The position numbers and the translations under genes were made by a program. Positions 17,769-25,244 of a stretch of 32,000 bases of DNA are shown here, one piece after another (positions within the stretch are counted from its first letter, which is position 1; each line of letters starts with the position of its first letter). The notes below the pieces were generated by a model. The model saw only the letters and a program-made list of their open reading frames with translations, was not told where the DNA came from and made no database searches. Location of the stretch: contig NC_014148.1 in the NCBI RefSeq assembly GCF_000092105.1, forward strand, positions 4,620,001 through 4,652,000, in the 5' to 3' direction. This DNA is from Planctopirus limnophila DSM 3776 (GTDB lineage: Bacteria; Planctomycetota; Planctomycetia; Planctomycetales; Planctomycetaceae).

Positions 17769-19196
17769 GTGGCCGGCAGTTGTAGAGATTGTTCCATGGC
17801 ACCGGCGGACGAGCCATCAGAAACTTTTCCTTCGATCGATGCAGTGGCTGAGCCCATCGATGCATTGGCCCCAGGCGCTTTACCGGGGGGAACGTATCGC
17901 TGTCCGGAGGAAACGTATTCGATCAGCCGCAGTGTGCATCTGGCGCGACTGGCGGCTCATTATCCCCTCTGTAGGAATTGCCCGGCTCGCGACGAACAAG
18001 GACTGCTGCCCATCAGTTTCCCTGTAGCGCCGATCCTTGAAAACCGTGAGGAAGAGATTTTTTCGGAGGGTGGCGTCCGGGCGGTTTATCTGAATGTGAT
18101 GCATCGCACTCGTGCGGTGGAGTGGGGCAGGGCGATTGGCAAGGCTTTGAGCGAGGGGGCGTTCGGGGGAGTAGCCTCGACTGCCGGGACGACATTAACA
18201 GTGGTGATTGGTCATGATGAGCGTGTCAGTTCGCCAGAGATTGCCGCCGGGCTGGTGAAAGGCCTCAGACAGCAGGGGCTGGATATTGCTGACCTGGGGT
18301 TCTGCCGAAAGCCCGATCTGACCCTGGCGATGTCATCGTTCCAAAATGTGCTGGCGATCTTCATTACTGGTTCGGGATATGGCCCTGCCTGGACGGGATT
18401 TGACCTGATCGGGCCGGATGGCCTGGCCTGGCCATCGATTGAGGAATTGCGCTGGCTCAGTGGGGAATCTCGCACGGGAATTTATGCTCACGCTAAACAA
18501 CTGGGTCGATACTCACCTCTTCTCCACTTTGAGCAGGATCAGACCTTACAGGAAGAGTTTCATGCGCTGCGCCCGCTGACTGTGGTTTGCGGGAGTGAGA
18601 ATGAACTTCTTTTTCAGAGATTGAAGCGATTGACGGAACATCATCCGTGCCGGTTGATTCCGCTCTCGCTGCCGGCTGTGCATCGGGATTTATCGAGTCA
18701 TACTTCCGCCTCGCTGAGAGTTCTGGAAGAGACCGTTCGTCAGGAGCAGGCTCATCTGGGGTGCTATTTCGCACCGGATGGTGAAACGTTGACTGCTGTC
18801 GATGAGCAGGGGAAGTGGCTCTCGATGCCGGATGTGACGTTGTTACTGGCGATCGAACTGGCTCAGGAACGTCTGATTTCTCCCTCGCAAGAACCTTTAG
18901 AAATCTGTCTGACAACGACGGCCTGGGCTCATTGGCACACCGATTTCGAACGGTGGGGATTTGTGAGTCTCGATGGTGGCCCATCGATCCAGACGATGAC
19001 GAAAGCACTCACGAGTCGAAAATGCTTACTCGGCACTAATGGCTCTCCCCAATGGTGGCTTTTGCGCAAAGAGCTCGCCGTCTGCGATGCTTTGCGTGTG
19101 TTTGGCACATTGCTGAGATCGCTCAGTCGCTCGGATCGCCCCTGTTCACAACAACTGGCCGCTCACAAGGCGGGCTTACCACGCGATCTGACATAA
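17769..19196 (+). CDS. Phosphohexomutase (PGM/PMM)-like protein with degenerate catalytic loops and an N-terminal Cys cluster
   Basis: Contains VVIGHDERVSSPEIAAGLVKGLRQQGLDIADLG (domain I). ITGSGYGP stands in place of the TASHNP loop, and FAPDGETLTAVDEQG stands in place of the DGDGDR metal loop. The N-terminus has C-x22-C-x2-C. The start is uncertain (GTG at 17769 or ATG at 17796). Confidence 0.65.
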   Translation: MAGSCRDCSMAPADEPSETFPSIDAVAEPIDALAPGALPGGTYRCPEETYSISRSVHLARLAAHYPLCRNCPARDEQGLLPISFPVAPILENREEEIFSEGGVRAVYLNVMHRTRAVEWGRAIGKALSEGAFGGVASTAGTTLTVVIGHDERVSSPEIAAGLVKGLRQQGLDIADLGFCRKPDLTLAMSSFQNVLAIFITGSGYGPAWTGFDLIGPDGLAWPSIEELRWLSGESRTGIYAHAKQLGRYSPLLHFEQDQTLQEEFHALRPLTVVCGSENELLFQRLKRLTEHHPCRLIPLSLPAVHRDLSSHTSASLRVLEETVRQEQAHLGCYFAPDGETLTAVDEQGKWLSMPDVTLLLAIELAQERLISPSQEPLEICLTTTAWAHWHTDFERWGFVSLDGGPSIQTMTKALTSRKCLLGTNGSPQWWLLRKELAVCDALRVFGTLLRSLSRSDRPCSQQLAAHKAGLPRDLT

Positions 19197-19208
19197 TGAG
19201 GATCTTCT

Positions 19209-19238
19209 CCCCTCTCCCACAAAGACGCGGGCGAGGGT
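19209..19238 (+). repeat. Short repeat family R4 (forward copy)
   Basis: cccctctcccacaaagacgcgggcgagggt lies directly 3' of the 17769..19196 gene and matches the reverse complement of 9847-9874. Confidence 0.5.
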
Positions 19239-19268
19239 TCCAGAGGGGCATGTGCCGCGAGAAGAGTT

Positions 19269-19666
19269 GTGGGTGAACGACTGGCCTTCATCCGCTGCCA
19301 CCAACCCCGCTTCTAACCTCTCCGTTGATTCGCGTTCTGGCAGCGGAAGACCCAAACGTGGGTGAACGACAGGCCTCCATCCGCTGTCCCCAGCCCCGCT
19401 TCTAACCTCTCCGTTGATTCGCGTTCTGGCAGCGGAAGACCCAAACGTGGGTGAACGACAGGCCCCCATCCGCTGTCCCCAGCCCCGCTTCTAACCTCTC
19501 CGTTGATTCGCGTTCTGGCAGCGGAAGACCCGAACGTGAGTGAACGACAGGCCTCCATCCGCTGCCACCAGCCCCGCTTCTAACCTCTCCGTTGATTCGC
19601 ATTCTGGCAGCGGAAGACCCAAACGTGGGTGAACGACAGGCCCCCATCCGCTGCCACCAACCCCGC
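19269..19666 (+). repeat. Tandem repeat, 4.5 copies of an 89-bp unit (non-coding)
   Basis: Unit starts (GTGGGTGAAC / GTGAGTGAAC) fall at 19269, 19358, 19447, 19536 and 19625, an exact 89-nt period. Units differ at only a few positions. Each unit contains CCGCTGCCA...TGGCAGCGG (a 9-bp stem around a ~37-nt loop). Because 89 is not a multiple of 3, the same peptide appears in three different minus-strand frames in the ORF track. Confidence 0.9.
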
Positions 19667-19707
19667 GAGGGGCGCAACAGGGGGTGATAGGGTGAGGGGG
19701 CGGAAAA

Positions 19708-20052
19708 GTGTCTGCCCGAAAAATCGTGGTTGTTCGGGAGGCCTGTCTCATGCGCCCTGTGGTTGATGAATCGATGGAAGCGAATGTTCCCCAGCCGGGG
19801 AATTCTGGAGAAAAGGAACAGTTTTGCGGGAGTGCCCGGTTCGCGCTGGCGGCAAGTGATGCGGGGGAGATTGCCCGCACTGTTGCGATTGCCGGTGGGT
19901 CGGCAGCACTGGTGGCGCTCTTGGAGATTCTCAGTTCGTTCCACTTTGGCACCTGGAACGCCTTCTTTACGGCTGTGTTCACCGTCGTCATTCGACTGGT
20001 GCAGCAATGGAGCACCGATACCCGCCGCGTGACACACCCCTGGCGCGATTGA
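19708..20052 (+). CDS. Hypothetical protein, possibly membrane-associated (weak call)
   Basis: GTG-start ORF with a hydrophobic C-terminal half (AIAGGSAALVALLEILSSFHFGTWNAFFTAVFTVVIRLV). It lies in a high-GC region where all frames are open, so support is weak. Confidence 0.3.
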   Translation: MSARKIVVVREACLMRPVVDESMEANVPQPGNSGEKEQFCGSARFALAASDAGEIARTVAIAGGSAALVALLEILSSFHFGTWNAFFTAVFTVVIRLVQQWSTDTRRVTHPWRD

Positions 20053-20146
20053 CCCAGCGTGATGTTCGGCCAGTTGTCGTCAACCGCCTGTTGATTTTGT
20101 GCCTGTCTCTTTGGTCAAGCCACTGTTTTCGTGGGGTGCTCTCAGC

Positions 20147-20578
20147 ATGTTCACTCGTCTGGTGTTTGTTCGTGGTCTGTCGGTTCTGGCAGTCATTTTG
20201 TGTCTGGCTGGTGGCTGGCATGTGATGCAAATGGTCACAGGGATGGCGGAGCGCTCGCTCGGCAACTATCTGCTGACCGTTTTTCCGTGGGTGGTGGTGA
20301 TCGTGCTCTGGCCCCTCATTCGCTGGCTGAACTCTGACAAGCCCACGCCTGATGCTGAAGAAGGCAATGTGAAAACGCCCTCCTTCGAGCCAGTCGTGCA
20401 ATCACTGGATGTGCTGCATCACTACTTCCCCGCTTCCTCACCGGCTCAAGAACAGCTGCAGGAGCTGGCGAAAGCCGCCATGGCTCAGCGTTACGACAAC
20501 CGCCAGAGATCCGCGACAGCCAGGAAATCAGTTCGCGGCTGCGTGCGCGGACCCAAGACTTCATCCACGGCTTCCTGA
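20147..20578 (+). CDS. Hypothetical two-TM membrane protein
   Basis: From the internal ATG the sequence is MFTRLVFVRGLSVLAVILCLAGGW and LLTVFPWVVVIVLWPLI, followed by a soluble tail. I recognised no family. Confidence 0.5.
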   Translation: MFTRLVFVRGLSVLAVILCLAGGWHVMQMVTGMAERSLGNYLLTVFPWVVVIVLWPLIRWLNSDKPTPDAEEGNVKTPSFEPVVQSLDVLHHYFPASSPAQEQLQELAKAAMAQRYDNRQRSATARKSVRGCVRGPKTSSTAS

Positions 20579-20754
20579 ATCTCTGGTTTCATCTCCCAGT
20601 CCTTACTCAGAGAACCTGTCTCATGGTCTTTCGACGTTGTTTTCGTGCAGGGCGGGTGCAGTGTGCTGCCGCCGCTGGATGGTTCGAAGCCGCTCCTTCG
20701 AAGTGCGAGAGTCCACGCGCCCTGCTCTCGTGCCTGTTGCCGCGTGTTCCCACC

Positions 20755-21201
20755 ATGGGGTTTCCCTTCTCCCCCGGGCCTGCCTGTGCCCCGACACGCG
20801 TGCTTCCAGCGACAGCCCGACGCTTGCTCGTCGGCCTGATGGGATGTTTTCTCCTCGCATCCCTCGCTGGCTGCCTGACACCCGCCCTGCACGATGATCA
20901 CCCGCGTCCCGAAGTTCCGCTGGCTGCTGATCAAGAGCTGGCCCGAAAGGCTTTGCGAACCTATGCCGTCGGTCTGCAGCAAGCCTTTGACGAAGCGAGC
21001 CAGCGATCAGAACTTCGCCCGGCTGAGTTGCACGAAGATCTCAGCGCACGCATTTCAAGCATCCGACGTGCCGCCTTCGCACCCCTTGATGCCCGGCTCG
21101 AAGAGGTCATGAATCGCCAGCCAATCGATGAGCTTCAGGCCCGCAACCTGTTGAAAGGACTCTCTCAAGGCTTTGCCGCAGCGATCCCAGAAGCAAAGTG
21201 A
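20755..21201 (+). CDS. Hypothetical lipoprotein
   Basis: From the ATG at 20755, the signal-like LLVGLMGCFLLASLAG-C lipobox is followed by a helical, charged domain. Confidence 0.5.
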   Translation: MGFPFSPGPACAPTRVLPATARRLLVGLMGCFLLASLAGCLTPALHDDHPRPEVPLAADQELARKALRTYAVGLQQAFDEASQRSELRPAELHEDLSARISSIRRAAFAPLDARLEEVMNRQPIDELQARNLLKGLSQGFAAAIPEAK

Positions 21202-21338
21202 GTTTTTGCATCACAACACGCGACATGGTCTTCGCGTTTTGACGTCGAAGCATTCCACGAAATGACAGTCCTCTAAGTGCCCTGCTGACAGCTTGGGGCG
21301 GTCGATTTCACACAACTTTTCTAGGGGGAGGCTCCCAA

Positions 21339-21501
21339 GGGTGGCAGGGGTCAAACGTCCTCGTTTGCCCCCGGGTCATCTGACATTGGCACTTCATGGC
21401 GACGTTCATGGAGAGTCATGAAGAACATTGCGGATGCAATGTGTCCTGTGGTCCTCGAGTGACCTGGGGGCGAATGAAGACATCCGACCCCAGCCACCCG
21501 G
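21339..21501 (-). repeat. MITE-like element copy E (reverse orientation, 163 bp)
   Basis: 21339-21380 GGGTGGCAGGGGTCAAACGTCCTCGTTTGCCCCCGGGTCATC is the reverse complement of the right arm. 21459-21501 GTGACCTGGGGGCGAATGAAGACATCCGACCCCAGCCACCCGG is the reverse complement of the left arm. Confidence 0.85.
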
Positions 21502-21523
21502 CCTTTTTTGTGGGGAACATTTC

Positions 21524-22336
21524 ATGAATCAATTTGGTTGGCGCGATGATCTGGAAGAGCGTCTGCTGTTGTCGGCATCTTCTCAAGCTCCGCTGACGAG
21601 GTCATTCTCTGTCAGCGATGCTCCACAAGAAATCGATCCCCGCCCATGGCATCGCATTGAAATGCAGGGATCTTTGGGAAGCTGCCAGGGGCATGCCCTG
21701 TCGAGCGTGGGAGAAATGGCCTATCACCTCGCCAGTGGGCGCGTGACGCAGTTCTCACCTCTGTTTGCCTATTACGCCACTCAGCAGATCGATGGGCTTT
21801 TAGGACGTGATCAGGGGAGCACCATTCAAGGGGGTGTCCAATGTGCCCGGCAATATGGCTTCTGCCCGCTGGAGGTGTTCCCGAACCCCGTCCCCTTGCG
21901 CTACACCGGTGTGATTCCTCAAGAAGCCTGGCCCGCAGCGGCACCATTTCGCATCCGGTCGCACACTGTGTGCACCTCGTATGACGATGTCTGGTCATTT
22001 CTCGCAGCCGGGCAAGGAGGTGTGGTGGCTGGCCTGGGCTGGAACAGCAGCCTCACGCCACGTCAGGGGCGTATTGAAAGTTATCGCCCGGGCGGTGGCG
22101 GGCATGCCGTCGCATTTCTGGGATACAGCCGGCGGCGCGATGCCCAGCAACGACCTTATCTCTGGCTGGCCAACAGCTGGTCAGAGGAGTGGGGAGATGA
22201 CGGCTGGGCAGAGGTTGCTCCGCAGGCGGTGGAATCGATGCTGGCTGATCGCCGGACTGTCATGGTCGGTCTCTCGGATCTCAGTCTGCCGACACCAAGA
22301 CCCATTCCCTGGCGAGAAAAATCGATCTTTGAGTGA
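21524..22336 (+). CDS. Papain-family (C1) cysteine peptidase with no obvious signal peptide
   Basis: Contains QGSLGSCQGHAL (catalytic Cys context), GGGHAVAFLGY (catalytic His) and LANSWSEEWGDDGW (Asn-Ser-Trp). The ATG at 21524 is preferred because the longer track ORF begins inside the MITE copy. Confidence 0.85.
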   Translation: MNQFGWRDDLEERLLLSASSQAPLTRSFSVSDAPQEIDPRPWHRIEMQGSLGSCQGHALSSVGEMAYHLASGRVTQFSPLFAYYATQQIDGLLGRDQGSTIQGGVQCARQYGFCPLEVFPNPVPLRYTGVIPQEAWPAAAPFRIRSHTVCTSYDDVWSFLAAGQGGVVAGLGWNSSLTPRQGRIESYRPGGGGHAVAFLGYSRRRDAQQRPYLWLANSWSEEWGDDGWAEVAPQAVESMLADRRTVMVGLSDLSLPTPRPIPWREKSIFE

Positions 22337-22412
22337 GCCCCGCACCTGCTGAGCGGCTCGCGGATTTTATTGACATCCAGTTTCCACACACCCTTTGTTT
22401 CAGGGGAGAATC

Positions 22413-23315
22413 ATGTTCCGGAGCATCACCTTCTCGCTGATCTATCCTGCCGGGCTAATCATGTGGCTGGCCACTGGCCCGCAGGCAGGGGCCCAACCTC
22501 ATGTAATGGCTGAAGAAGCTCTTTCGCAGTCAACGAAAGCGGCATGGCCATCACTCTTTGCAGAGGCAGCAAGCCCCGCGAGTCCTGTGAATACAGCTCA
22601 GAATTCTCGTGCGTTGCAGTGGCTGGTGTTTTATGGCCCGGGGTGTGTCCCCTGCATGCGCGCTATTCACGATTTTCAGCCCTGGTTGAAGGCCAGTGGC
22701 TGGGAGGTGAGCGAAGTTCCCCAGGCTCATATCCGCTTGATCGACGCCAATCGCGAACAGTCGCTGGCACGACAGTTTCAGATCGAAGCTTGGCCCACCT
22801 TTGTGCTTATGCATGAGGGGAAAGTCCTCGAGCGGCACACATCGTATCCGGGGCGGCAATTCCTGGCAGACCGCTATCTGGCAGCCGCTGCTCGAGTTCG
22901 TGACCAGCGAAGCTTCACCAGCCATGAGCCAGTCAGTGCGATCTCGATGGGCACTTTGTCCAATACGTCTCGGGAAGTGGCCCTGCTGCTGGAATCGACC
23001 CGGCCTCTGCTCGAAGCGGGACTGATGTTCGAAGGCCGTCTCCTGCCAGCCAGCCAGAAGGCTTCAGGCAGCTTGCCAGCCAGTACCACCATTTCACTCA
23101 CCGAATCAGCAGCCATCCGGCTCTACTGGCCACTCGTGTTTCGCTTATCGAGACAACAAAACTCGCTCCATCTCGATTTCGAGAAGCCATATCCCCAGTT
23201 CCGGATGTCGAACATCTTTCCTGTCGAACAATCGATTGAAGGGCTCACAGCCACCACGCAATCTCTCACTATCGAGTTGCCCCGCATGATTGACCTCAAG
23301 TGGCAGCTCGATTAA
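22413..23315 (+). CDS. Secreted thioredoxin-fold protein (CVPC) with an uncharacterised C-terminal domain
   Basis: The signal-like N-terminus is MFRSITFSLIYPAGLIMWLATGPQAGA. WLVFYGPGCVPC provides the CxxC motif and EAWPTFVLMHEGKV provides a cis-Pro loop. GGGAGA lies upstream of the ATG at 22413. Confidence 0.75.
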   Translation: MFRSITFSLIYPAGLIMWLATGPQAGAQPHVMAEEALSQSTKAAWPSLFAEAASPASPVNTAQNSRALQWLVFYGPGCVPCMRAIHDFQPWLKASGWEVSEVPQAHIRLIDANREQSLARQFQIEAWPTFVLMHEGKVLERHTSYPGRQFLADRYLAAAARVRDQRSFTSHEPVSAISMGTLSNTSREVALLLESTRPLLEAGLMFEGRLLPASQKASGSLPASTTISLTESAAIRLYWPLVFRLSRQQNSLHLDFEKPYPQFRMSNIFPVEQSIEGLTATTQSLTIELPRMIDLKWQLD

Positions 23316-23402
23316 TCGACCCTCGTTGAATCGCCGATCGTGGAATGGCCCCATCAGTTCTCTGTGTTCATCGTTCACGCCGGTCTTACTGGATCTCCCG
23401 AC

Positions 23403-24293
23403 ATGCTGCTCAATATCTGCTACCACATCGCCCCTAAGGCACCCACCGTTCAGGCCTCGATGGTTTGCGATCACTTCGGCCTGACACTTGATGGCCAGCA
23501 GCAGGTGATTGCCCGCGATCTCGAACTCCCGGTCACTTCCGGAAACCTCATTGCCTTCGTCGGCCCCTCGGGCTCTGGCAAATCGTCACTCATGCGGGCC
23601 GTCGCTGCAGAGCTGAAGTCATCGGGCCAAGGAGATGTTCTGTGGCTTGATCATCTGCCGCAGGTTGCGTCACTCGTGGCCGACGCCCTGGCACTTCCAC
23701 CACTGGATGCCTTTCGACTTCTGGCCCAGTGCGGTCTGGCTGAGCCACAACTTCTTTTGCGAACACCTGATGAACTGAGCGACGGCCAGAGATTTCGCTT
23801 TCGCCTCGCACAAAGTGTGGCCGAGGCGCTTCGTCGCCAAAGTCAGCATTCATCACAGGGCACCTGGATCGCGGCCGATGAGTTCACTTCGCCACTCGAT
23901 CGCACGCTAGCCAAAGTGATGGCCCGCAACTGGCATTCCCTGTTGCGCCAACATCGCCTCGGTGGCCTCGTGGCCACCACACACACCGATATTCTCGACG
24001 ACCTCGAGCCCGACCTCATCGTCACCTGCAGTCACGACGCGCCGCCTCAGCTTTCCGGCCTGGCCGCCTCGCCGACATTCTCGTCCGCAACATCGTCCGC
24101 ACAGCGGACCCTACGGGAGGCCGACGCCCCCACGCCCGCTGTAAAAAAAAAGAAATCAGCTTTTTCCACGAACTGGCCCTCACCACCGGAACGAAACGCG
24201 ACTGGGCGTATTTTGCTCGGTGGCATTACCGCTCGCACTCCGTCGGCATTGTCCGCTTCGTCACCATCCTCTGGCATCTCCACGAACCCATAG
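23403..24293 (+). CDS. ABC-type ATPase (no transmembrane domain); the zero-frame product ends in a low-quality tail after an A9 tract
   Basis: Contains Walker A GPSGSGKSS, signature LSDGQRFR, Walker B WIAADEFTSPLD and H-loop ATTHTD. After ...PTPAVKKKK the frame-0 sequence (SAFSTNWPSPPERNATGRILLGG...) no longer looks protein-like. The start is ATG at 23403 or GTG at 23340. Confidence 0.85.
   Translation: MLLNICYHIAPKAPTVQASMVCDHFGLTLDGQQQVIARDLELPVTSGNLIAFVGPSGSGKSSLMRAVAAELKSSGQGDVLWLDHLPQVASLVADALALPPLDAFRLLAQCGLAEPQLLLRTPDELSDGQRFRFRLAQSVAEALRRQSQHSSQGTWIAADEFTSPLDRTLAKVMARNWHSLLRQHRLGGLVATTHTDILDDLEPDLIVTCSHDAPPQLSGLAASPTFSSATSSAQRTLREADAPTPAVKKKKSAFSTNWPSPPERNATGRILLGGITARTPSALSASSPSSGISTNP
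24143..24152 (+). promoter_or_regulatory. A9 tract containing a dnaX-type A_AAA_AAG -1 slippery heptamer, in phase with the ATPase frame
   Basis: The frame-0 codons are GTA AAA AAA AAG AAA. The heptamer A AAA AAG occupies 24146-24152. A -1 shift here enters the GNAT-like frame exactly at EISFFHELALTTG... Confidence 0.5.
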
Positions 24294-24814
24294 GCATCTG
24301 TGTCTTCACCAGTGCCCCACTCTCGTTGCGTTTGCGCAACCAGTACTTTGGTCTTTCCGGCCGCTGGACAAGAACCGGCCTCCAGGCCATCGATCGACAG
24401 TTCTGCCGATTGGCCCGCGTGGTGATTCATCCCACGTATCGAGGAGCCGGGCTGGCGGCTCCTTTTGTTCGCGCCAGTTGCCAGCATGTTCCCTGGCCGT
24501 GGATCGAATCGCTCGCCGAGATGGGGCAGTTCCACCCCTTCTTCGAGAAAGCCGGGTTCCTCAATCTCGGGGAATGTCAGTCCGCAACCCATTCCCCAAA
24601 GGCACCTGCCGCAGACCATCGTGAGCAGCACTCCCAAATCTACGGCACACGTTCACTTTCGGGCCGCAAGCGATTGATCACTCATGAAACGTTCCGCAAA
24701 AGCCAACATGCTCACCCCGTCTACTTCCTCTTCGATAATCGAAACTCACCCGCCTACCTTGCCAGTTGCCAGAGAAGAATCGCCAACAGTCCCCCATCCC
24801 ATGCTCTGGAATGA
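24152..24814 (+). CDS. GNAT-like acetyltransferase domain ORF lacking its own start codon (reachable from the ATPase frame by a -1 shift or by A10)
   Basis: Hand translation of the -1 frame gives EISFFHELALTTGTKRDWAYFARWHYRSHSVGIVRFVTILWHLHEPIGICVFTSAPLSLRLRNQYFGL...LARVVIHPTYRGAGLAAPFVR...FFEKAGF, which includes a GNAT motif-A-like R-x-x-G-x-G/A. This frame is open from 23882 but has no ATG, GTG or TTG before the TTG at 24326. Confidence 0.65.
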   Translation, partial: EISFFHELALTTGTKRDWAYFARWHYRSHSVGIVRFVTILWHLHEPIGICVFTSAPLSLRLRNQYFGLSGRWTRTGLQAIDRQFCRLARVVIHPTYRGAGLAAPFVRASCQHVPWPWIESLAEMGQFHPFFEKAGFLNLGECQSATHSPKAPAADHREQHSQIYGTRSLSGRKRLITHETFRKSQHAHPVYFLFDNRNSPAYLASCQRRIANSPPSHALE

Positions 24815-25244
24815 ATCACTCGAAACCACACCACAGCTTCTGAAACCCGCTCTGCTCACCAGCGATCAACAGGCGGAGTTTCTCGAACTTCTCACCAAAG
24901 GAGCCAGTCCCTTCGGTGCCTGTGAGAAGCTGGAATGTTCGCAACTGCAACTGGCTCTCACGCTCGCGCAAGATGCCGAATTTTCCGAGAAGCTCAAGGC
25001 GATCAAGGAGATTCAAGGCCAGAACGTGGTGGCCATGCTCTATCAGGCGGCCCTCAAGGGAAATGTCACAGCTCAGCAATTCTGGCTGCGCCATCAGCCA
25101 CCAGCCGACTGGCGACTGGCTGCCAGCCCACTGGAAGGACAAGACCTCAGCGATGCCGATCTCTTTGACCGCTGCCGAGAGGCAGGACTTGATTTCCCGC
25201 CTGAACTCACTGCGCGCCTGGCAACTCCTGATCTCGAGGCATAA
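24801..25244 (+). CDS. Putative terminase small subunit / HTH DNA-binding protein
   Basis: 147 aa from the ATG at 24801, overlapping the end of the GNAT frame by 14 nt. It contains LTSDQQAEFLELLTKGAS...ACEKL (HTH-like) and AALKGNVTAQQFWLRH, a motif I associate with phage small terminases. It lies directly upstream of terL. Confidence 0.6.
   Translation: MLWNESLETTPQLLKPALLTSDQQAEFLELLTKGASPFGACEKLECSQLQLALTLAQDAEFSEKLKAIKEIQGQNVVAMLYQAALKGNVTAQQFWLRHQPPADWRLAASPLEGQDLSDADLFDRCREAGLDFPPELTARLATPDLEA

Noticed and set aside
19269-19666. Possible CRISPR array
   Set aside because: The whole 89-bp unit is conserved and there are no unique spacers between short repeats. There are no cas genes in the window. 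It is a plain tandem repeat.
19402-20037. 211-aa and 174-aa minus-strand ORFs (with 19176..19469 and 19313..19558) across the tandem array
   Set aside because: The same peptide (…GACRSPTFGSSAARTRINGEVRSGAG…) occurs in three different frames because the period is 89 nt, which is not a multiple of 3. That is incompatible with a real repeat protein.
21428-21523. The upstream start of the C1 peptidase ORF at 21428
   Set aside because: The first 32 codons lie inside MITE copy E (peptide ...DLGANEDIRPQPPG, seen in other repeat copies). The ATG at 21524 gives a sensible N-terminus.
24047-24637. 196-aa minus-strand ORF, and the plus-strand ORF 24220..24624
   Set aside because: They overlap the ATPase tail and GNAT-like region in the other frames, their sequences are low-complexity and R/P/G-rich, and the GNAT frame explains the region better.
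24916-25152. The N-terminal 79 codons of the 611-aa track ORF as part of terL
   Set aside because: This stretch (MPVRSWNVRNCNWLSRSRKMPNFPRSSRRSRRFKAR...) is the alternate frame of the terS coding sequence and does not look protein-like. The terL start is more likely the ATG at 25153 or the GTG at 25264.
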